64,000 bases of DNA, taken from an uncultured Ignavibacteriaceae bacterium. Lineage in GTDB: Bacteria > Bacteroidota > Ignavibacteria > UBA10030. The stretch lies in the NCBI GenBank assembly GCA_964480945.1, contig CAYZRX010000004.1:13396-77395 (forward strand). The letters run 5' to 3'. The notes beneath the pieces are model-generated. The model searched no databases and had not been told where the DNA came from. It saw nothing but the letters and a program-made list of their open reading frames with translations. Positions 23,302-33,998 of the stretch are shown here, piece after piece; the first letter of the stretch is position 1, and each line of letters begins with the position of its first letter. A program made the translations under genes and the position numbers.

Positions 23302-24636
23302 CTAGTTCAGCGAGCCGATCGCCTTCTCAAGTCTTGCCTCGGCCAGCTCATACTCGACCCGCGACTGGGTGAGCTGGAGCTTTGCCTGGAGCAGCGAGAC
23401 CTCGGCGTCCAGCAGCTCAGAATTCGTCGTCAGGCCGGCTTTGAATTTCTCTGCCGTTATCCGATAGTTCTCATTCGCTTGCTCGACCCCTAGCTGCGAG
23501 AGACGAATTCTCTGCTTGGCCTGGTGGAAGTTGAGCGAGCTCTGGGTCACCTCGAGCGTGATCCCATCCTTCATCGTCGCCAGTGCGTCCTTCATCTGCT
23601 CATGCTGCGCTTCGGCCGCGTTCGTCTGGTGGAGAGCGGTCAGGTTGTTCCAGAGATCGAACTGGAGCGAGAGACCGATGTCCCATGTGTCTTTGAATTC
23701 GTCCTTCGCCGGGAAAATGCGCGAATTCGGCCGGGCATAGTAGTAATCACCTGTGAGGAAGACTTGAGGCAGCCACCCCGCCCTCGCGGCGGTTATCCCC
23801 ACATCTGACGCTTTCAACCGCCACTCCATCGCCTGAACGTCCGGACGCCGTGCGACCGCTGTCGCGAGCAGTTTTTGGAGCTCGGGAAAGTCTTTTTCGG
23901 TGGACGTCAGAGGCGAGGTCAGGACAACGTCGCTGTTGAGATCGGTGCCGATCGTCGAATTGAAGAAGAGGGTCGCGATCCTGACGGCATTCTCCGCATC
24001 GCTCTGCAAGATCGTCGCGTTTGAGAGCTGAACCCGGACCTTGAGAACTTCATTGTTCGTCGCGAGCCCCTGCTTGGACAGGTTGTCGATGTCCGTGAGG
24101 TGTGCCGAAATCCGGGTGACGTTCTCGTCGGCGAGTCGCTTGACTTCCATCGCCTGGAACAGGTTCCAATAGGCAGCCTTGATCCCGTAGATCAGCTCCG
24201 CTCTATCACGATCGAGATCCCTGTGTGATGCCTCGGCCTGGTACGAGGCATTGTCCGCCATCGACCGAAGCCGCCACCCGGTGAAAAGCGGCTGCTGAAC
24301 CGTTGCTCGCGCGCTGTAATTGTTGAGGATGATCGGAAACTCTACAGCGTTGCCCGGAAGAATGCCCGGCGGAAGCGGAATTCTGAACTCCGGCACCGAG
24401 CTGAGCCTCAGATACGCTGCCTGCACCCGCACGGAGGGATAGAGCGACGCTGAAGCTTCGCTCGCCTTTGCATCCGCGTAGTCTGATTTCATCAGAGAAG
24501 CATGGAGGGTCTTGCTGTTCTCCAGCCCGATCTTCACGCTTTCTTCGACCGTCAGCAATCTCTTCTGTGCAACGGAGTCCGCATTCAGGACGATGACGGC
24601 GGCGACCACCCAAAGTCCGATCATTCGTTTCTTCAT
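23302..24636 (-). CDS. TolC-family outer-membrane efflux protein.
   Basis: 444 aa with a signal peptide and two tandem OEP repeats. Confidence 0.8.
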   Translation of the reverse strand: MKKRMIGLWVVAAVIVLNADSVAQKRLLTVEESVKIGLENSKTLHASLMKSDYADAKASEASASLYPSVRVQAAYLRLSSVPEFRIPLPPGILPGNAVEFPIILNNYSARATVQQPLFTGWRLRSMADNASYQAEASHRDLDRDRAELIYGIKAAYWNLFQAMEVKRLADENVTRISAHLTDIDNLSKQGLATNNEVLKVRVQLSNATILQSDAENAVRIATLFFNSTIGTDLNSDVVLTSPLTSTEKDFPELQKLLATAVARRPDVQAMEWRLKASDVGITAARAGWLPQVFLTGDYYYARPNSRIFPAKDEFKDTWDIGLSLQFDLWNNLTALHQTNAAEAQHEQMKDALATMKDGITLEVTQSSLNFHQAKQRIRLSQLGVEQANENYRITAEKFKAGLTTNSELLDAEVSLLQAKLQLTQSRVEYELAEARLEKAIGSLN

Positions 24637-25610
24637 AGGTCCGAAGCAACCTCACTTTCTCTTGTGCTTGGCTGTTGTGACAAAAGGGAGATGAAAACGT
24701 TCTCGAGAGACGGGGGTACGGCCCTCCATTCCGTGACGCGAATCGAGTTCTTTTTCAGATACGAGGTGACCTTCCGCATGTCGGCTTCCTGCTCGCCCAC
24801 CACAATGTTGAGACGGTCTCCAAATGCCTGCACCTCGCGCACGTTTGGGAAGGCCTTAAGGAGAAAGTACGCCTTCCGGATCTCCGTGCAGATAAGTTCC
24901 ACAATCGTCCCGCGCATGCGGCCCTTCAGGCGGTCCGGCGTGTCAACCATCAGCAGCCTTCCTTCGTTCATCATCGCCACCCGCGTGCAGCGCTCGGCCT
25001 CATCGAGATACGGGGTTGTCATGAAGATCGTAATGCCCGTCTTCAGCAGCCCGGAGAGGATTTTCCAGAAATCCCGTCGCGACACGGGATCGACCCCGGC
25101 CGTCGGCTCATCGAGAAAGATGACGTCGGGGGTATGGATGAGGGTGCAGGCGAGCGCGAGCTTTTGTTTCATGCCGCCGGAAAGGTTTTCCGCGAAACGA
25201 TCCCGGAAGGGCGTCAGCCGGGTAAATTCGAGCAATTCATTCCGGCGGGCGTCGTAGTTCCGCACGTTATGAATCTCAGCGAAGAACTCGATATTTTCAT
25301 CGACCGTCAGGTCGCTGTACAGGCTGAACTTCTGTGACAGATAGCCTATCCGCTTTTTGACCTCCGGCGCTTGCTTCTGGACATCGAATCCGCAGACCGT
25401 CAGTGTGCCGGACGTCGGCGTCACGATGCCGCACAGCATCCGGATCGTCGTCGTCTTCCCGGCCCCGTCGGGCCCGACAAGCGCGAACATCTCCCCTTTC
25501 TCCACCGAAAGAGAGATCCCGTCGACGGCGACGTGTTCGCCGAAGGACTTCGACACCGACCGTAATTCAATCGCACTCATCCTGACGTCCTGCCTATTGG
25601 ACATAGGCAT
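24633..25610 (-). CDS. ABC transporter ATP-binding protein (second ATPase of the efflux system).
   Basis: Walker A GPDGAGKTT, signature LSGGMKQKL, Walker B IFLDEPT. Confidence 0.85.
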   Translation of the reverse strand: MPMSNRQDVRMSAIELRSVSKSFGEHVAVDGISLSVEKGEMFALVGPDGAGKTTTIRMLCGIVTPTSGTLTVCGFDVQKQAPEVKKRIGYLSQKFSLYSDLTVDENIEFFAEIHNVRNYDARRNELLEFTRLTPFRDRFAENLSGGMKQKLALACTLIHTPDVIFLDEPTAGVDPVSRRDFWKILSGLLKTGITIFMTTPYLDEAERCTRVAMMNEGRLLMVDTPDRLKGRMRGTIVELICTEIRKAYFLLKAFPNVREVQAFGDRLNIVVGEQEADMRKVTSYLKKNSIRVTEWRAVPPSLENVFISLLSQQPSTRESEVASDL

Positions 25611-26547
25611 CGGCCGGCATGCCGGACTTGAGGATGCCCTCTTTGTTGTCGACCTCGAGCTTCACCCCAAAGACGAGCTTCGTGCGGTCTTCCTTCGTCT
25701 GGACGTTCTTCGGCGTAAACTCGGCGATCGGCGAGATGAAGATGACCTTCCCGGGGAATGTGCGGTCAGGGTAGGTGTCGATCACGACATCGGCTTTCCC
25801 GCCGAGCTTCACTTTACCGAGCTCGTTCTCGTTGACATAAATCATCAGGTTCATCTGCTCCAGGCGAGCGATCGTGACCACGACGGTGCCGACGCTTATG
25901 AGCTCCCCTTCCTCGACCGGCTTCTCGGTTACCGTGCCTGAAACCGGCGCGAGGATCGTCGCGTCGGCGAGGTACTGCCGGAAGAGATCTGCCGATGCCT
26001 TCGCTTGGTCCACACGTGCCTTCGCTGCAGCCAGCTCCTGAGGGCGGGCAAATCGCTGCAGCTTCTGCAAGGCCTGCTTCGCGGACGCCAGTTGCGCCTG
26101 GGCAATCGTATGACGCGATTCCGCATCGTCGAACTGCTTCTGTGTGACCGTGTTCGTGGCCAGGAGGTCCTTCATGCGCGCGTAGTCATCGCTCGCGATC
26201 TTGAAAGCTGCTTCTGCCTGCCGAAGAGATTCCTCGCTGACGCGAACGTCCTCCGACCGCGCTCCCTCCACCAAGAGGCGGTACTGCGCATCAGCAACTT
26301 CGGCACCCGCCTGCGCTTGCCTCCACTGCAGTTGTAGAGTCTTGCGATCGAGGACAACCAACGTGTCACCCTCTTCGACCTGAGTCCCCTCCTGGACGTA
26401 CAGCTTCTCGATTTGGCCGGGGACCTTTGCACCGACCTTCACCTCCGTCGCTTCGAGCGTCCCGCTCGCCTCGATGGCTCCCTTGTGATTGTTGCCGCAT
26501 CCCCACAGGGTGAGGGCGGCAACCAGAATGATCATCGTTTTCTTCAT
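25594..26547 (-). CDS. HlyD-family membrane-fusion (periplasmic adaptor) protein.
   Basis: Lipoprotein-like N-terminus (LWGCG), long coiled coil, beta-barrel and lipoyl-like domains. Confidence 0.8.
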   Translation of the reverse strand: MKKTMIILVAALTLWGCGNNHKGAIEASGTLEATEVKVGAKVPGQIEKLYVQEGTQVEEGDTLVVLDRKTLQLQWRQAQAGAEVADAQYRLLVEGARSEDVRVSEESLRQAEAAFKIASDDYARMKDLLATNTVTQKQFDDAESRHTIAQAQLASAKQALQKLQRFARPQELAAAKARVDQAKASADLFRQYLADATILAPVSGTVTEKPVEEGELISVGTVVVTIARLEQMNLMIYVNENELGKVKLGGKADVVIDTYPDRTFPGKVIFISPIAEFTPKNVQTKEDRTKLVFGVKLEVDNKEGILKSGMPADAYVQ

Positions 26548-27191
26548 GGGGTTCCCTGATCGTTGTCCAGCAGTGCAGTTGGTTGGTCCAGGAGATGAAA
26601 CTCCTTTCTCGCAGAATCTGTAAGGGCGCCTTCGAAGAGTATCCTGAAGATGCTCCGCGCGGCTTCCTCGAGGGAGAACGAATGCCGCGTCAAGATCTCC
26701 GGATTGAGGACACCCTGAATGGAGCTGACAAACATCTGAAGCAGGACTTGCTCGTTCACGTCGGGGCGGAAGATGCTTTCACTCCTCGCTCGGGCAATCA
26801 TCGTGATCAGCTTGCTGACGATGTGCTCCTGGCGATACCTGTCGACCTCCCGCCAGAGACTGGGAACGTTTCGTTGAAAATCGGCTATACTCTCTCTCCG
26901 AATCTTCTGGACGTACCCGCTCATGACGATCAATGCTTGAGCGACCTTCTCGACGAACGGTTTGTCGGATGCCGAGATTCGTTCCAGTTCCCCTCCGGCC
27001 GATTGTATCATCGCGTGGAGGGACGCCCGAAGGAGCTCCTCCTTGCTCGGATAAAACTTGTAAATGGTCTTCTTGCTGATCCCAAGATCCGCCGCGATCT
27101 CGTCGATGGTGACCTTGCTAAAGCCTTGCTGAAGAAACTTGTCACGGGCGTGAGCGAGAATTCGTTCCTGCGAATCAAAATCAGTGGGCAT
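26544..27191 (-). CDS. TetR-family transcriptional regulator, first gene of the efflux operon.
   Basis: N-terminal HTH (FSKVTIDEIAADLGISKKTIYKFYPSKEEL). Confidence 0.8.
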   Translation of the reverse strand: MPTDFDSQERILAHARDKFLQQGFSKVTIDEIAADLGISKKTIYKFYPSKEELLRASLHAMIQSAGGELERISASDKPFVEKVAQALIVMSGYVQKIRRESIADFQRNVPSLWREVDRYRQEHIVSKLITMIARARSESIFRPDVNEQVLLQMFVSSIQGVLNPEILTRHSFSLEEAARSIFRILFEGALTDSARKEFHLLDQPTALLDNDQGTP

Positions 27192-27207
27192 TTGTCGTCT
27201 TACCTAA

Positions 27208-27235
27208 GGAAACTGCTGAAGTATCTAGCGTTTCC
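27208..27235. promoter_or_regulatory. Candidate TetR operator 1: inverted repeat GGAAAC-N16-GTTTCC.
   Basis: Palindrome read directly from the sequence, 17 bp upstream of the tetR start. Confidence 0.4.
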
Positions 27236-27288
27236 GAGCTGTGAAGTGACTGTGCTTAGTGGTATTCAGGTGCGACACGAACTATCGT

Positions 27289-27320
27289 TTGGAAACTATT
27301 GGAGTATTTCTGGTTTCCAA
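27289..27320. promoter_or_regulatory. Candidate TetR operator 2: inverted repeat TTGGAAAC-N16-GTTTCCAA.
   Basis: Second copy of the same half-site (GGAAAC/GTTTCC) about 80 bp from operator 1. Paired operators are typical of TetR-family autoregulation. Confidence 0.4.
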
Positions 27321-27512
27321 TGTAAGAGATGAGTTGCTCGAAGTCAAGCGAAATGTTGGACTGCTCACGAACCAAAGAGGGTGAACGTGAGCCATGCTCG
27401 GCGAGTGGCTCGCTGGAATTCCATCGCAGGAAAGAGGCAGACGCGAATTACTGGATATGGGAATCCGCGTTGCGCCGAATCCAGCCAGAGTTCTTCCGCG
27501 CGGCGTCCGAAA

Positions 27513-28007
27513 TCAGGCTGATTTCTGACGATAGTACGTGATGAGATCGGTATTGACGGCCTGCGCACCAAGTTGGCGGAGCATCGCGGCAACTTGACCC
27601 CGATGATACGTAGAGTGATTTACAAGGTGTTGCATCTGCTGGACAAGCGGTTGGGAGTGAGTTCTCCCCTTGGTGTCCTTGTAAGAAAATGGAGCCTGCA
27701 GCGAATCCTCGGGCAAGGACTGGAGAAACGCACTAAGCTCCGTTCGCAGATCGCCCCAGCGGCTCCTCAGGGCTTCGAGGGCGAGCTTGTCCGTTTTCAA
27801 ACCACCCCCGTCATCCTGCCCCTGCCACCGATCAAGCCAGAGCCGGCAAGCGCCGTAGATGTGCACGAGCGTGCCGCCGACGCTTTCAAAACTGGACGCG
27901 ATGTTCTTTGAGTATTGCTCCTCCGAGAGAGGGCCAACAGCCTCAAGGATTCGCCCGGTCGCCCAGGCATCATAATCAAGAAGCGTCACGATGTCCTGCT
28001 TCGTCAT
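27513..28007 (-). CDS. DinB/YfiT-family (DinB_2) metal-dependent protein.
   Basis: 164 aa four-helix-bundle pattern with conserved His residues (GGTLVHIYGACRLW...VNHSTYHRGQ). Confidence 0.7.
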   Translation of the reverse strand: MTKQDIVTLLDYDAWATGRILEAVGPLSEEQYSKNIASSFESVGGTLVHIYGACRLWLDRWQGQDDGGGLKTDKLALEALRSRWGDLRTELSAFLQSLPEDSLQAPFSYKDTKGRTHSQPLVQQMQHLVNHSTYHRGQVAAMLRQLGAQAVNTDLITYYRQKSA

Positions 28008-28030
28008 ATGCTCACTCCTCCATTTCGTTC

Positions 28031-30634
28031 CTAATCCAGCTTCTTCTTGATCTCTGCAAGCTTCTGAAGCGCTTCGAGGGGCGTCATCTTGTCAACTTCC
28101 AGTTTCCGGATCTCCTCCCTCAAGCGCTCATCCTTCATCTCGAACAGCGTCATCTGTATCTCCGGAGGGGGAATCCTTCCCCTCACCTTCTTGCCGCTCG
28201 AATACACGTTCAGCTCAGACTCCTCGAGGTTCTTGAGAATGCTTTTCGCGCGGTCGGTCACCTCCTCGGGGAGCCCGGCCATCTGTGCAACCTGTATGCC
28301 GTAAGAGTGATCCGCCGAGCCCGGCACAACCTTGTGTAGGAAGATCACCTTGTCGCCATACTCCCGGACGTCAACTTTGTAGTTCTTGACCCGTGGGAAG
28401 ATTTCCGCAAGCTCGTTGAGCTCGTGGTAGTGTGTCGCGAAGAGCGTCTTCGCACCGATCCGGTTGTGCAGGTACTCGGTCAGCGCCCAGGCGATGCTGA
28501 TCCCGTCGAAGGTGCTGGTCCCGCGGCCGATCTCATCGAGCAGGATCAGGCTCCTCTGGGAGGCCGTGTTCGCTATGTTCGCAGCTTCGTGCATCTCGAC
28601 CAAGAAGGTGCTCTCCCCCAACGCGATGTTGTCGCTAGCCCCCACCCTGGTGTAGATCCGGTCCACGATGCCAATGGTTGCCTCGGAAGCCGGCACGAAG
28701 CTTCCGGTCTGTGCGAGCAGAACGATGAGCCCGACCTGGCGCAGGTAGCTCGATTTGCCGCTCATATTCGGCCCGGTGACGATCAGGATCTGATCCTGCT
28801 CCGTGTTCATCACCGTGCTGTTCGGCGTGTACCGCTCGCCCGGCGGCAGGAGCCGCTCGATGACCGGATGGCGGCCGTCCTTGATCACCAGTCTTTGCGA
28901 TTCGTCGACTTCGGGGGCAACGTAATCGTTTTCGACTGCTACGTCGGCCAGGCAGACGAAACAATCCAGTGTCGCTAGGGCGTGTGCGTTCTCCAGGATA
29001 GCCCCCGATTGTTCCGCCACGGCAGTCCTCACTTCATTGAACAGCCGGGTTTCAAGCGACAAGATCTTCTCCTCTGCGTGCAGGACCTTCTCTTCGTACT
29101 CCTTCAATTCGGGCGTGACGTAACGCTCTGCGTTCGTTAGCGTCTGTTTGCGAATGTACTCAGGCGGGACCTTCTCTTTGTGCGTATTGGTGATTTCGAT
29201 GTAGTAGCCGAAGACATTGTTGTAGCCGACCTTCAGAGAAGGAATTCCGGTCCGCTGCCGCTCCTGCTGCTGAAGCTTGGCGATCCAATCTTTGCCGCTG
29301 AACGCCAGAGCCCGAAGATCATCCAGCTCAGCGTTGAAACCTTTTCGGATGACACCCCCGTCCGCCAGAGCGAGGGGAGGGTCCTCCTCAACTGCGTCGT
29401 GAAGCGTCCGGATGACCTCCGGCAGCGGATTCAAGCGGGCTTTCAGGTCCTTCAGCGTCGAGGAAGAAAGCGCGGCCAGCGCCGACTGCACGGCCGGAAG
29501 GTGTGACAGGTATCGTTCCAGCTGCTTCAATTCCCGCGGATTGGCGCGCGCGGTCGCGATTTTCGCCATCAAGCGTTCCAGATCGCCAATCTGACCCAAC
29601 AGCTCCCGCAGCGTGTTTCTGGCCGAATCGTGCCCGAACAACTCCCTGACCGCTTCGAGCCGAGCGTGGATCGGCGCAAGTTTCTTGAGGGGCCGATTGA
29701 TCCAGGCCTTCAGCATCCTGGCGCCCATCGGCGTTTGCGTGCGATCAAGCACGGAGAAGAGCGTTCCATCCGCCAGGCCGGAGATCGACGACGTGATCTC
29801 GAGATTACGCTTCGTCGAAGCATCGAGCACCATGTAGTCACTGATGTCATGCGGCGTCACTTTCCCGATGTGCGGCAGATTCGCCTTCTGCGTCTCCTGC
29901 AGATAGTTCATCACCGCACCGGATGCGACAATTCCGAGCCGCAGCTCTTCGACGCCGAATCCCTTCAACGATTGCGTCTTGAAGTGATTGACGAGCAGCT
30001 CATACCCGTAGTCGACATTGAAGACCCAGTCATCGACTTTCGTGTACAGACCGTGAAATCTCTCCCTTAACAGACTCTGAATCCCTTCCACATCTCTTTT
30101 CTGAACGAGGAGTTCGGAAGGCTGCAGGGTGCCGATTTGCTCGGCAAGACTCTTCAACGGAAACTCGCTGACCCCGAATTCCGCCGTCGAGACATCGATG
30201 AACGCAAATCCGATCGTCTGGTCCCCGGTCGCCAGCGGGGAGGGAAGTGCCACCGCCGCGAGGTAGTTGTTTTCCTTTTGATCAAGAACCTTTTCGGAGA
30301 AGGCAACCCCCGGAGTCACGACCTCGATTACGTCACGCTTGACGATCCCCTTCGCCAGCTTGGGATCCTCTAACTGCTCGCAAATCGCGACCCGGTGGCC
30401 CGCCTTAAGAAGCTTGGGAAGGTACGTGTCGAGGGCATGATGGGGAAAGCCGGCAAGCGGTATCTCACCTGCGGCTCCGTTGCCCCGCTTGGTGAGCGTG
30501 ATGCCCAAGACCTTCGCCGCGATCTTCGCGTCCTCCTCGAACGTCTCAAAGAAATCCCCCATCCGAAAGAGGAGAATCGTATCCGGATGCTTCGCTTTCA
30601 CTTGCTGATATTGTCGCATCAATGGGGTCGACAT
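28031..30634 (-). CDS. mutS: DNA mismatch repair protein MutS.
   Basis: 867 aa. Mismatch-recognition N-domain (GDFFETF), Walker A GPNMSGKSSYLRQ, and the conserved C-terminal ATPase. Confidence 0.95.
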   Translation of the reverse strand: MSTPLMRQYQQVKAKHPDTILLFRMGDFFETFEEDAKIAAKVLGITLTKRGNGAAGEIPLAGFPHHALDTYLPKLLKAGHRVAICEQLEDPKLAKGIVKRDVIEVVTPGVAFSEKVLDQKENNYLAAVALPSPLATGDQTIGFAFIDVSTAEFGVSEFPLKSLAEQIGTLQPSELLVQKRDVEGIQSLLRERFHGLYTKVDDWVFNVDYGYELLVNHFKTQSLKGFGVEELRLGIVASGAVMNYLQETQKANLPHIGKVTPHDISDYMVLDASTKRNLEITSSISGLADGTLFSVLDRTQTPMGARMLKAWINRPLKKLAPIHARLEAVRELFGHDSARNTLRELLGQIGDLERLMAKIATARANPRELKQLERYLSHLPAVQSALAALSSSTLKDLKARLNPLPEVIRTLHDAVEEDPPLALADGGVIRKGFNAELDDLRALAFSGKDWIAKLQQQERQRTGIPSLKVGYNNVFGYYIEITNTHKEKVPPEYIRKQTLTNAERYVTPELKEYEEKVLHAEEKILSLETRLFNEVRTAVAEQSGAILENAHALATLDCFVCLADVAVENDYVAPEVDESQRLVIKDGRHPVIERLLPPGERYTPNSTVMNTEQDQILIVTGPNMSGKSSYLRQVGLIVLLAQTGSFVPASEATIGIVDRIYTRVGASDNIALGESTFLVEMHEAANIANTASQRSLILLDEIGRGTSTFDGISIAWALTEYLHNRIGAKTLFATHYHELNELAEIFPRVKNYKVDVREYGDKVIFLHKVVPGSADHSYGIQVAQMAGLPEEVTDRAKSILKNLEESELNVYSSGKKVRGRIPPPEIQMTLFEMKDERLREEIRKLEVDKMTPLEALQKLAEIKKKLD

Positions 30635-30978
30635 GAGGACGAAGCAGAATTCAAAGACAAAAAGGAAAGATCGGCAAGACGGACATTCTATCGTTTCCGC
30701 TCACCTGGGGACCTCTGGCCCAAGGGCTCGGTCACTTCAAAAGAAGATACTGAATCTTCAATACGGAGACAACTTTGTCAGGCTTAGGAACCGAGCGTGC
30801 GATTGCCGGCTTGACCACGATCCTGACGCTCTGGGCTGCCAGCGAGTACGGAGTGCTGCCTGTTTACCAGCCGCCGCCCAAAGTGCGCAGAAGGTAGAGA
30901 TCGAGTCGACGCTGCCTGCCGGGCGGAATCGGGAAGAAAACCGGCGCCGCACGAATCGCCCGATCTCCTGCCGCGGGC

Positions 30979-31019
30979 AAAACAAAAAAGAAATCCCGTC
31001 CTGAGGGAACGGGATTCTC
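30979..31019 (-). terminator. Rho-independent terminator downstream of pfk.
   Basis: Minus-strand hairpin GAGAATCCCGTTCCC-TCA-GGACGGGATTTC followed by TTTTTTGTTTTG, about 50 nt after the pfk stop. Confidence 0.7.
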
Positions 31020-31067
31020 ACTTCTGCCGAGACTCAAGCAACCGTCAGCCGCATCGCGGCCCACCAC

Positions 31068-32228
31068 CTAATACAAGAACATCGGCTTGCCGAGCACGTG
31101 TGCGACCTTCGGGCGGTACTTTTCCACATCGTACAGCTCATTGACGTCCACCCGCTTCAGACCCTGCGTCAGCGTATCGATCGGCACGGTCGTATACTTC
31201 CCTTGCTGCAGGCCAACCATCTTCCCGAACTCCTTCTTGAACGTGAGATCGGTCGCGAGGTTCGCGTAGCTGATCGCCACCATCCGATCGAGGGCATCCG
31301 GCTCGCCGCTGCGCATCAGGTACGCCACCTGTTGATACACCGTGTACACACCGAGAATTTTCTTCAAAGCCTGTTCCGTCACCGACCCGATGCCGCCGAG
31401 CTTCCTGTGGCCGTAGGCATCCTCTTCACCGTACTCCACGACCTGTCCCCCGATCAGATGGGCACCCTCCGACATCGTCACGATGGCGTAGTTGCTCGGA
31501 TTACTGGCCTTGTCCTCAGCGACGAAACGAGCGAGCTTCTCTACGTCGAACGGAACCTCTGAGATAAGCGCTCGATCCACGCCGGCGAGGTAAGCTGAGA
31601 TCAACGAGGTTTCGCCGGAGTTTCTGCCGAACAACTCGATGACGGCCACGCGCTCGTGTGAGCCGGCGACCGTCCGAAGAGCGGTAATGAAATCGACGCT
31701 GCGCGTAACGGCCGTCGAGAACCCGATGCAGTAGTCGGTCCCGTACACATCGTTGTCCATCGTCTTCGGTATCGCGACAACGGGAACACCCTCTTTGTGC
31801 ATTCGGACGGCATAACTCTGCGTGTCGTCACCACCGATGGTGATGAGAACGTCGATCTTCAGATGCTCGATCACCTTGAGGACGTACGGCGTCAAGTCCA
31901 CCCTCTCATCCTTGCCGAGCTTTTCGTGCTCCGGCTTCTTCAGGAACGCCGGAATCTCCGCGCCCCTGACTTTTCCCGGATTGGTGCGGGAAGTGTGCAG
32001 GAATGTTCCGCCGGACCGGTCAATCGTCCGCGTGTTCAGCTTGTTGAGGGGGATGATGTTGGAGCTCTGGCTTTCCGGTCGATCGAAATCATAGTTCAGC
32101 AATCCCCCCCATCCCCGCCGTATCCCCATCACCTCCGCTCCTTCGTCCACGGCGCGGTACACCACAGCCTTGATGCACGGGTTCAGACCGGGCACATCGC
32201 CACCACCGGTTAGAATGCCAATTCTCAT
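31068..32228 (-). CDS. pfk: 6-phosphofructokinase (ATP- or PPi-dependent; not resolvable here).
   Basis: [23 protein letters not shown]... PFK family, 386 aa. Confidence 0.9.
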   Translation of the reverse strand: MRIGILTGGGDVPGLNPCIKAVVYRAVDEGAEVMGIRRGWGGLLNYDFDRPESQSSNIIPLNKLNTRTIDRSGGTFLHTSRTNPGKVRGAEIPAFLKKPEHEKLGKDERVDLTPYVLKVIEHLKIDVLITIGGDDTQSYAVRMHKEGVPVVAIPKTMDNDVYGTDYCIGFSTAVTRSVDFITALRTVAGSHERVAVIELFGRNSGETSLISAYLAGVDRALISEVPFDVEKLARFVAEDKASNPSNYAIVTMSEGAHLIGGQVVEYGEEDAYGHRKLGGIGSVTEQALKKILGVYTVYQQVAYLMRSGEPDALDRMVAISYANLATDLTFKKEFGKMVGLQQGKYTTVPIDTLTQGLKRVDVNELYDVEKYRPKVAHVLGKPMFLY

Positions 32229-32252
32229 TGTGTGTGTCCCTTTTCTTCGTTC

Positions 32253-33044
32253 CTATTTGAGTTTCTGAAGTCCCCATTTCCCCATCGTCTCCACCATCGT
32301 GGAGTCCGTCAGATCATACTGCATGGGGGTTATGGAGATGTAGTTATTGCGAACTGCAGTTTGATCGAACTCTATCCCTTCATCATTATCCTGGAGCGCT
32401 CCGGTCAGCCAGTAATATTCCTTGTTCGCAGGGTCGCGTCGAATGTCAAAAGAATCGTTCCAGACCGCCCTGCCCTGGCGGGTGACGACGATCCCTCGGA
32501 TCTCATTCTCCGGCAACGGAGGAACATTGACGTTCAACAGGGTGCCGTCCGGAAGGCCTTTTCGGGCGACGAGCAATACCAGCCTTCGGGCGAACTTCGC
32601 GGCGTAGCGAAAGTCGGCAGGACCATATGTCGTGAGGGAGATGGCGATCGACGGGATGCCGAGGATCGTTCCTTCCGTCGCAGCGGAGACAGTGCCGGAG
32701 TAAATGATGCTGATCGCCGTGTTGGAGCCGTGATTGATGCCCGAGACAACGAGATCCGGTTTCTGCTTCAGGAGAGCCTTGACCGCCAGTTTGACGCTGT
32801 CGGCGGGCGTTCCTTCCACCGCGTAGCCGAACAGGACGCCGTTCTTCTTGAACTCCTTGGCGCGCAGCGGGAAGTTCATCGTAATGGCGTGGCCGACCGC
32901 GCTTTGCTGCTTATCGGGCGCTACGACCGTGACGGAACCGATCCGCTTCAGTTCCTGCACAAGGGCATAGATGCCCGGCGCGTCGATCCCATCGTCGTTC
33001 GAGACGAGGATCTTGAGGTTCTTCCGCTTCTTCCTTGTGCTCAC
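32253..33044 (-). CDS. surE: 5'/3'-nucleotidase SurE.
   Basis: ILVSNDDGIDAPGI...VVAPDKQQSAVGHAIT SurE signature. Confidence 0.85.
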   Translation of the reverse strand: MSTRKKRKNLKILVSNDDGIDAPGIYALVQELKRIGSVTVVAPDKQQSAVGHAITMNFPLRAKEFKKNGVLFGYAVEGTPADSVKLAVKALLKQKPDLVVSGINHGSNTAISIIYSGTVSAATEGTILGIPSIAISLTTYGPADFRYAAKFARRLVLLVARKGLPDGTLLNVNVPPLPENEIRGIVVTRQGRAVWNDSFDIRRDPANKEYYWLTGALQDNDEGIEFDQTAVRNNYISITPMQYDLTDSTMVETMGKWGLQKLK

Positions 33045-33173
33045 GAGAATCAGAGATTTCAGAACAGCATTAATCGGGCTCGCGGGGAAAACTCTGTCGG
33101 TTGCTCAACACCATCTGCCGCCATGAGCCGCGCGACGTCTGCGCGCATCCAACCGGTTTCTGGAAAAGTCTCG

Positions 33174-33998
33174 TCAATAACTCTCGCCCTTTGACGGGAA
33201 CTTCTCCGACTTCACATCCTTTACATAGTGTTTCACCGACTCCCGGATCGTCTCAGCGAGCTTCGCGTAACGGCGGACGAAGCGGGGTTGAAAATCCTCA
33301 TACAGCCCCAGCATGTCCGAAACCACGAGCACCTGTCCGTCGCAGCGAGCGCCGGCTCCGATGCCAATGGTGGGAACCCTGAGCGCCCGGGTCAGCTGGC
33401 CGGCAAGTTTGGCGGGTATTTTCTCCAGAACGACCGCGAAGGCGCCGGCCTCCTGAAGCATCTTCGCATCCCTCAGGATCGTCCTCGCCTCTCCCGCCGT
33501 CACACCGCGGGGCTGGTAGCCTCCGAATTGGTGAATCGATTGGGGTGTCAGGCCGACATGAGCCATTACCGGGATCCCCGCCCTCGTCGTCTGGTACGCA
33601 AGATCGACAACTCGCTCGCCTCCTTCAAACTTCACGCCTCCCGCCCCCGTTTCCTTCATCACCCTCCCGGCGTTCCGAAAACCCTCTTCGGTGTGGGCCT
33701 GGTAGCTCATGAAGGGCATGTCGACAATCACCATCGCTCGTTCGACGCCCCGGACGACGGCTTTTGCATGGTAAATCATCTCGTCCAGCGTCACGGGAAT
33801 CGTCGTCTCGTGTCCCTGGAACACCATCCCGAGAGAGTCCCCGACGAGAATGATATCAACCCCGACCTGGTCCAGGAAACGGGCGGTCAGAAAGTCATAC
33901 GCGGTGAGGCAGGCGATCTTATCCCCCTGCTGTTTCATTGCCGCGATAGCGCGAGTTGTCACTCGTTTCGGGCCTGATGAAATCGTTGAGTCCTTCAT
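33174..33998 (-). CDS. panB: 3-methyl-2-oxobutanoate hydroxymethyltransferase.
   Basis: [30 protein letters not shown] PanB signature. Confidence 0.9.
   Translation of the reverse strand: MKDSTISSGPKRVTTRAIAAMKQQGDKIACLTAYDFLTARFLDQVGVDIILVGDSLGMVFQGHETTIPVTLDEMIYHAKAVVRGVERAMVIVDMPFMSYQAHTEEGFRNAGRVMKETGAGGVKFEGGERVVDLAYQTTRAGIPVMAHVGLTPQSIHQFGGYQPRGVTAGEARTILRDAKMLQEAGAFAVVLEKIPAKLAGQLTRALRVPTIGIGAGARCDGQVLVVSDMLGLYEDFQPRFVRRYAKLAETIRESVKHYVKDVKSEKFPSKGESY

Noticed and set aside
20059-27191. The efflux locus as a novel system
   Set aside because: TetR/HlyD/two ABC ATPases/TolC/two ABC-2 permeases is the well-known YbhGFSR-type architecture.
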